Shown here: piece after piece, positions 51,462 to 64,000 of the stretch
Position numbering within the stretch: the first letter of the stretch is position 1
Layout of the letters: every line of letters begins with the position of its first letter
NCBI GenBank assembly: GCA_033442325.1
Contig: JAWQFM010000007.1
Coordinates: 2,048,208 to 2,112,207, forward strand
Source of the DNA: Salpingoeca rosetta
Lineage: Eukaryota > Protista > Choanoflagellata
Direction of reading: 5' to 3'
DNA length: 64,000 bases
Notes under the pieces: model-generated
Database searches by the model: none
Seen by the model: the letters and a program-made list of their open reading frames with translations, nothing else
Told to the model about the DNA's origin: nothing
Program-made: the position numbers and the translations under genes

Positions 51462-52084
51462 TAATAGCAGTGTAGTAGTAGTGGTGGCATACATACAGAC
51501 AGACACACCCCCACCCCCACCCACACAGCATACATACAGACAGACACACCCCCACCCCCACCCACACACACAGACACACACCTGTACATGGAGACATTGC
51601 AGCCCTGTTCGATGTTCCTGACGGGCACGCCAGCCCGGGTGAGCGCCTGCTCAAAGCTGAAGCTGCACCCTGTTGTCGACGTGGTGGTTGTTGTGGAGGT
51701 TGCGGTTGGGCACGCGAAAGGGTTGAATGAACAAACGATGAGAACGCAGAGTGGACTTTGCACATCTCAGAGCGGCATGCACGACAAGCAAGCAGAGGAA
51801 GGCAGGGTTGACAGCGTACCGACATAGAAGGTGACCATGTCCTGTGTGAAGATGTCCTTGATGTTGCCAACGCGGCCCTCGTGCTTGCCGTTGCGGAACA
51901 CCTCGTAAGCAGGAATGTTCTGCCTGATGTCAGAGTCCTGGTGGGTGGTGGCGTTGTGGTTGACGTTAGACAGGCAGACAGACCGGCAGACAGGCAGACT
52001 TGGAGAGGCAGAGAGGCAAAGAGGCAAAGAGGCAGGCAGCCACAGACATACAGACACAGAGGCACATACACACACACACATACA

Positions 52085-52128
<44 letters not shown>

Positions 52129-52509
52129 GACCAACCTGTGCGAGAGGGCCGGCGTGGAGTTGTCCAGGGGTTGACTTGTACAAGAGTGGGCACGCGCGGT
52201 AGTTGCGCTTGCAGAACTCTTCAAAGTCTTGCGCGTACGAGGACGGCATGATCACAACATTCGCCTGAGATCGGTGGGTTGGGGGGGGGGGGCAAAGGCC
52301 AGCGTGGCGTCAGCCGTGGGTGTAGCACATCTGAATGCACACGGGTGGAGACGGCAGGCAGTGGAGGTAGGGAAGAAACAGCCTTACAGAGGGATGGGCA
52401 CAGCCTTACAGAGGCGTGGGCACACGCAGAGAGGGATGAAGACACAGACACACAGACACAGACACACACAGACACAGACACACACAGACAGACAGACACA
52501 CACAGACAG

Positions 52510-52563
<54 letters not shown>

Positions 52564-52629
52564 ACACACACACATAGACAGACAGACAGACAGACAGACA
52601 CAGACGGACAGCCACAGACACAGAAACAA

Positions 52630-52673
<44 letters not shown>

Positions 52674-52773
52674 GCAGGTAGCCTGGGCAAGCCCCCGAGG
52701 TTGGCTTCATGCCGTAGACGCCAGCCGCCACACTGGCACGCAGCTTTGATGGCAGTGCATACTTCGCACTCAT
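47745..52773 (-). CDS. DGLUCY: D-glutamate cyclase (DUF1445 + DUF4392 fusion), multi-exon
   Basis: [91 protein letters not shown], followed by [34 protein letters not shown]. Confidence 0.92.
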
Positions 52774-53040
52774 CGTCGTGTTTCAACTTCTTCTTGTTCC
52801 TTCTTCTTTGCTTTCTTCTTGCTTGGATTGTTGTTTGTTCGTGTTCAAATCATGTGGCTCATGATGTGTGTGACATGACACATGACATGTGACACGAGAC
52901 TCTGCCTGCCTGTGCCCCTCCTCTTCCCTGCTCGCTTCTCTTGCATGCTTCTCTTGCACGGTGTTTCCAGTGTGTATAATGGTGATTGTAACAAACACAA
53001 AGGAAGAAACGGGTTGCGTGACAGGCCGCACGCTTCGCAT

Positions 53041-55602
<2,562 letters not shown>

Positions 55603-55618
55603 TCAACAACTCCAGAGA

Positions 55619-55751
55619 GTTGGCGGCAATCTTTTAAACTTTTTGGCGCCTTCCCAGCGAGCCAGTGAACGCGGCGAGAGAGTTTGTTGCAGCCCTCCCT
55701 CTCCAACCGCGCACTGGCTGGCCCGCGCGAATTTGAGTTAGTTTGGCGCGG
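55619..55751. promoter_or_regulatory. Cluster of E2F-like sites in the PSMA7/RRM2 divergent promoter
   Basis: TTGGCGGCAA (~55620), TTTTGGCGCC (55641-50), CGCGCGAA (55724-31; TTCGCGCG on the minus strand) and TTTGGCGCGG (55742-51). These resemble TTTSSCGC, and RRM2 is a classic E2F target. Confidence 0.6.
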
Positions 55752-55809
55752 TGGCAGACGCTGCACACAGTTATTGATGGTCTGAGTGGGGGATGTCTTT
55801 CATTTTCCA

Positions 55810-55890
55810 AGCGAGCCCTTTCCGACAACTTCCCTCAGCACTGCACACTTTCCGACTACTCCTGTCAGCGAGCCCTTTCCGACAACTTCC
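55810..55890 (+). repeat. Direct repeat AGCGAGCCCTTTCCGACAACTTCC x2 plus a central partial copy, upstream of the RRM2 ATG
   Basis: 24-nt exact copies at 55810-33 and 55867-90, and CTTTCCGACTACTCC at 55848-62. Confidence 0.85.
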
Positions 55891-55930
55891 TCCCCCCCCC
55901 CCCAACCCCAAGCAAGCAACAACAGTGAAG

Positions 55931-57019
55931 ATGCTCGGTGACGAGACCAGGACTGTGACCGAGGGCCTTGCTGAGCTCAAGATCCGCGCCAAGGAGGCTC
56001 TGCAGAACGACGAGTGCGTCGAGCTGACGGACGAGGAGATTGCCGCCGAGCCCCTGCTGCGGGAGAACCCGAGCCGCTTTGTCATCCTGCCCATTCAGCA
56101 CCGCCAGGTGTGGTCCATGTACAAGAAGGCCGTCGCCTCCTTCTGGACCGCGGAGGAGGTTGACCTGTCGCGCGACCTCGACCACTGGCGCGGCCTCAAG
56201 GACACGGAGCAGCACTTTATCAAGCACGTCCTCGCCTTCTTCGCCGCCAGCGACGGCATTGTGAACGAGAACCTCGTCGAGCGCTTCATGTGCGAGGTGC
56301 AGCTGCCAGAGGCGCGCTGCTTCTACGGCTTCCAGATTATGATTGAGAACATCCACTCTGAGATGTACTCGCTGCTCATCGACACGTACATCAACGACCC
56401 GCAGGAGAAGCACATGCTCTTCAACGCCGTTGAGACGCTGCCCGCCGTCAAGCGCAAGGCCGAGTGGGCCATGCGCTGGATCGACCACAAGCGGGCCTCC
56501 TTTGCGGAGCGCGTCGTCGCCTTTGCCGCTGTCGAGGGCATCTTCTTCAGCGGGTCGTTCGCCGCCATCTTCTGGCTCAAGAAGCGCGGCCTCATGCCCG
56601 GCCTGACGCAGTCCAACGAGCTCATCAGCCGCGACGAGGGCCTGCACTGCGACTTTGCCTGCCTCATGTTCTCCATGCTGCACAAGAAGCCGCCCAAGGA
56701 GCGCGTCATTGGCATCATCATGGACGCCGTCGAGATTGAGCAGGAGTTTTTGACCGAGGCGCTGCCCGTCTCCCTCCTCGGCATGAACTCCACTCTCATG
56801 CGCGAGTACATTGAGTTTGTCTCCGACCGCCTCCTCGTCAGCCTCGGCTACGACAAGGTCTACAACGCCACCAACCCCTTCCCCTTTATGGAGAACATTT
56901 CCATCGAGGGCAAGACCAACTTCTTTGAGCGCCGCGTGAGCGAGTACCAGAAGAGCGGTGTCATGGCTGCCGAGAAGAAGGAGCACTCCCACCAGCTTGT
57001 CTTTGATGCCGACTTTTAA
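55931..57019 (+). CDS. RRM2: Ribonucleoside-diphosphate reductase small subunit (class Ia R2), intronless
   Basis: [45 protein letters not shown] (radical Tyr), [33 protein letters not shown], and C-terminal FDADF*. Confidence 0.99.
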   Translation: MLGDETRTVTEGLAELKIRAKEALQNDECVELTDEEIAAEPLLRENPSRFVILPIQHRQVWSMYKKAVASFWTAEEVDLSRDLDHWRGLKDTEQHFIKHVLAFFAASDGIVNENLVERFMCEVQLPEARCFYGFQIMIENIHSEMYSLLIDTYINDPQEKHMLFNAVETLPAVKRKAEWAMRWIDHKRASFAERVVAFAAVEGIFFSGSFAAIFWLKKRGLMPGLTQSNELISRDEGLHCDFACLMFSMLHKKPPKERVIGIIMDAVEIEQEFLTEALPVSLLGMNSTLMREYIEFVSDRLLVSLGYDKVYNATNPFPFMENISIEGKTNFFERRVSEYQKSGVMAAEKKEHSHQLVFDADF

Positions 57020-57914
57020 GCGACTCCATACAACACTGTTGGTGTGTGGTTGTGTGTGAGAGCGAGAGAGAGAGAGCGTGTGTGTGTTGTTCACTTGCAT
57101 GCATGCTCTGGGTTGTGTGTGTTTGCGCAGAGGCACAGCGCTTGTTCGTTGTTGATGCGCCATCTGCGGCATCGCCATGACCAACTGCATGAATGCTCAG
57201 CTGCGCACACGCGCGCACCTCGCTCCGTTGTGCAATCTTCCTTCTGTCGTCCCTCCACCCCCACCCTTGTCCTTCTCCCTTCTCTTCCTGCTTGCTTATC
57301 CTTGGTCGAACAGAAGTTCATTGCTTTTTCGCTCAGCTTCTTAATCGGCAAACCCCCTTTGTTGTATATATGACACAACTGTGTGTTTGAAATGACTCCA
57401 GGTGCCATTGCTGCACACCATCTGTCAGTAAACTGGCCAGACACGAACTGTTTTGTTTGTCAAATGTTATCGTCAAGAGGTGTTTGGGATGTGCGCGCTG
57501 CGTCAGCACACTCACAGAGAGAGGGGGGAGGGCACCGTGCTATGATGTGTGTGATGACATGATGCACAAAACAGAGAGACGTGCATGCATGTGCGCACAA
57601 AAACAGAGTTGTGTTGGTCATCGTCATGGGTTGTCATCATCGCCACACCATCGCATCTTGACGATGCGTCATCAACGACAATTTGCTGATGTTTTCAACC
57701 ACTTTTCCAATCCCACGAAGCTTGCGCCTGGCTGGCGTCCTTTCTTTTTTGTTGTGTGTGTTTGTGTGTTGCGTGTTTGCATCATTTTCCTCCACTGCCA
57801 TGCAAGCCAGCGCAAAGCGATCGCACGCAGCACAACAAGCAGCAGCAGCAGCACAACAAGCAGCAGCAGCAGCACAACAAGCAGCGCCTCCCTCAACAAC
57901 CACCAACCACCAAG

Positions 57915-60909
<2,995 letters not shown>

Positions 60910-61314
60910 ACCACGCCGCTCACGCGCAGCCCATACACGTTGCACATGTTGCACACGTTGCACACGTTGCCGGCCTGTTCTTTGTTCTCTGTTTTTGAGC
61001 GGTGGTGCAGTCGTTTGCGTTGCCTTTGGCGTTCCTTTCCATCTTGCACGCCTGACACACTTAGTCCCTCTTGTTTTTCTCCGCTTCAGTTGTCCCTGCC
61101 TCCCTTTTACCGGTCCTGTCCGTACCTTGCCACTTGACCACGCAACTCTGCGTGCTGAATGCCCAAGTACACTGACCCTCCCCCGAACACCTTCCATTGC
61201 ACACGCGCGAGAGCACGGGTTGGGTGAGTGCTGGTATGACTGTTGCAGTTGGTGTAACTGGTGTTGGTGTTGACACTTGTTTACTACACTCCGTACACTC
61301 CAAGCACAGTGCGC

Positions 61315-62238
61315 CTAGTTGTCGATGTTGAAAAGCTTGGACAGCTGAGCCCTGCGTCATGGTCACAGCGGTGGCGGTGGGTGAGCTGAGGTGAGGTGAT
61401 GTAGTGAAGGCATGATATGTGTGTGTGTGTGCATGTGTGTGTGCATGTGCATGTGCATGTGTGCGCGCGCGTGTGTGTGTATGGACAGAGCATGGCAGAC
61501 AAGAACAGCAGCTCACTTTGTGTCCTCCCACGACTTGACGGCGTGCCCTGTCGTCGCCTCGTGGTGGAAAATCTCGTAGTCGTTGCCGCCCTTAAGACAC
61601 ACGCACATGGGTGAGTGAGTGAGTGAGTGAGTGAGTGAGTGAGTGAGTGAGTGAGTGAGTGAGTGAGTGAGTGAGTGAGTGAGTGAGTGAGTGAGTGAGT
61701 GAGTGAGTGAGTGAGTGTGTGTGTGTGTGTGTGAGTGTGTGTGTGTGCGTGTGCGTGCGTGTGTGTGTGTGCGTGTGTGTGTGGTGTGTGTACGACTCAC
61801 CTCGAACGCCTTATCGCCGAAGAAGTGGATGGTCTTGAAGTTTGCGTGTTCCTGCACGTGACGCAGGCAGTACGTCTTGTCCCACCCGCTCGGAAACACA
61901 TCAAAGCTGATCTGTGGTGTGCGCAGCACATATGTACATGTGTTTGTGCGCGGTTGGCTGTGGATTCGTTCCAGACGCGTGCACACACACACACACACGC
62001 ACAGAGACACAGACACACACACACACACAGACACACACAGACACACACACACAGACACACACAGACACACACACACACACACACACACCAGTCGCACCTG
62101 CCCGCCAATGGAGAAGGTCAGGCCCCAGCCGTCAAACTCCTTCTTGAGCGCCTCCACGAACGTGCGGCGAACGCCGGCCTCCTGTGGTCATCAGCGGTCA
62201 TGATGGCCACACATCTGGTGAGAACGGCGTTCAAAGTG

Positions 62239-62273
<35 letters not shown>

Positions 62274-63475
62274 GCGTCTTACCTTGTCAAAGGCCTCAAA
62301 TGCGTTGCGCTCTGCACGGGAGCAGTTGCGGCCGATGGGCGAGACGTTCAGCATCCCGTTGCGGAACTCAATAAAGGTGCCGCTGTCAGCAAGCACGTGT
62401 TTCGGGTGTGAGTCGGAAGTGCCTGGCGCGTGAGGAGGTGGAGGGCAAGCACAGGTCTCTCATTGACCTGGCGTCGCCTCTGTGAAGATCGACGCAGTCA
62501 CAGGCACACACACACACACACACACACAGACACACAGACACACAGACACACAGACACACAGACACACAGACACACACAGACAACACAGACAGGCACTGTA
62601 CCGCTTCTGGGGAATGTCGAGGTTGGCAATGTACTTGAGGCAGAAGTTGAGCAGCTTCTGCATCTTCTCCTCGCCAAGGAAGCCGAGGAAGCTCTGGCAG
62701 AGAAGAAGGGCAAGTCAGGGCGTGTGTGAGTGTGTGTGTGTGTGCAAGTCGATGTCGCCAGATGGCAGCACTTGCGTGGAGAACAAAGGCGCGACGGACA
62801 AGCAGCGTACCTGTGTGGCAAGCTCCTGCTCTCCCTTGAACGCGGTGAGGCCGTTCTCCGCAAAGCAAAAGTCGTAGGCGGTGCGCGCTGTGCGTGTGTG
62901 TGTGTGTGTGCGTGTGTGTGTGCATGCACATTGGGAGAAGGAGGTCAGGCAGGAACACACAGACAAAGAGCTACACAGACAGACGCAGACACACAGACAC
63001 ACATACACACAACACACAACACACAAACACACAAACACACAGGCACAGACACACACACACACATACAACACACGCGCGCACACGCACACACACACGCACA
63101 CGCATGCAACACACACAGACACGCATACAACACAAACACACACGCACCAGTGCCGGCCATCTGCTCCTCGATCTTGTTGAGATCAGAGCCGCCGACGAGG
63201 CCGATGGCGCACTTCTTACGCAGCTTCTCCATGAACTCCTTCATCTCGGGCTGAATGACCTGTCACGGCGACGTACACGCCAGCACCATCAGACATGCAC
63301 AGCCATGTACACGATCATGGTGAATACGCAACACCCTCTCCAAACAACACTTCAAGCTCTCCCTCGACACCTGTCCCTGCGCGAAGCAACTGACCGAGCG
63401 GGCCACCGTCAAGGTGCCGTCGACGTCGAAGAGGCACAGTACATCCGGCTGTTCGCGGTCGGAGAAGTCACTCAT
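61315..63475 (-). CDS. PMM2: Phosphomannomutase (HAD IIB, PMM2/SEC53), multi-exon
   Basis: [90 protein letters not shown]. Ends [12 protein letters not shown]. Confidence 0.98.
61610..61716. repeat. (GAGT)n tetranucleotide microsatellite in a PMM intron
   Basis: Perfect gagtgagt run. Confidence 0.95.
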
Positions 63476-63737
63476 GATGGCGAGGGTGGGGTCGGGACTG
63501 TGCGGCGGAAGGGGCAGTACTTTGTTTGTTGTGCTGCTTTGATGATGATGAATGCGCGTTTGTTGTTGTTGTTGCGGGAATTGTTTCCGTTGTTGTTGTT
63601 GTTTGTTGTTGTTGTTGGTTTGTGCCACGTCAGCTGGATGGATGGATGGATGATGATGTGGCAGTGGTTTGCTTGCCGTTGCGTTTGCTGCTTCTTTTAT
63701 GTTGAGCCAGCACCGTCCTTGCTTCCCGCTCCCAAGA

Positions 63738-63788
<51 letters not shown>

Positions 63789-63814
63789 ACACCACATGGC
63801 TTCGCTGCTTTCGA

Positions 63815-63952
63815 CTACGACTGCGGGTACAGCTTGCCTGGGTTGAGGAGGTTGTAGGGGTCGAGGGCGTGTTTGATTGCGTGCATGGCAGCAATGGCCG
63901 GCGCACCAAACTCTGCTGTCAGGAACTCGCGCTTCCCAACTCCAACGCCGTG
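63815..63952 (-). CDS. Last exon of a FAD-linked oxidase, D-lactate dehydrogenase (LDHD/DLD1)-like; gene continues off the right edge
   Basis: After an AG acceptor: HGVGVGKREFLTAEFGAPAIAAMHAIKHALDPYNLLNPGKLYPQS*, the (E)HGVG..K..LDP..LNPGK signature of the FAD-oxidase C-terminal domain. Confidence 0.85.
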   Translation of the reverse strand, partial: HGVGVGKREFLTAEFGAPAIAAMHAIKHALDPYNLLNPGKLYPQS

Positions 63953-64000
63953 CTGCAGCGGCAAGCGAGGTTGTGTGAGTGAGTGCGTGTGTGTGTGTGA

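Noticed and set aside
55865-57190. 441-aa antisense ORF over RRM2
   Set aside because: Shadow ORF caused by strong GC3 codon bias, with no recognisable motifs.

Overview
Intron-rich eukaryotic genomic DNA with (CA/GT)n-filled introns, polyQ/polyN tracts and GC-rich exons. The style suggests a choanoflagellate such as Salpingoeca rosetta (inference from composition and gene content, not verified). About 13 protein genes can be assembled from spliced exons: a DUF155/RMD1-like gene (partial), a SOS1/SLC9C-like Na+/H+ antiporter, a FAM92/CIBAR BAR protein, a type I DnaJ, a giant SZT2-like gene, SDF2, a 4xWW protein, D-glutamate cyclase, proteasome alpha-4 (PSMA7), an intronless RNR small subunit, a tandem FGF-like beta-trefoil protein, phosphomannomutase, and the last exon of a D-lactate dehydrogenase-like FAD oxidase. 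The main non-obvious signal is three near-identical box C/D snoRNAs in one PSMA7 intron, predicted to guide 2'-O-methylation of the 18S G equivalent to yeast Gm1572 (snR57 site). Other candidates are an H/ACA guide hairpin and a long stem-loop in DnaJ introns, and an E2F-site cluster plus a triple repeat in the PSMA7/RRM2 divergent promoter. Most ORF-track entries are microsatellite or antisense artefacts. Exon boundaries were read by eye and are approximate.
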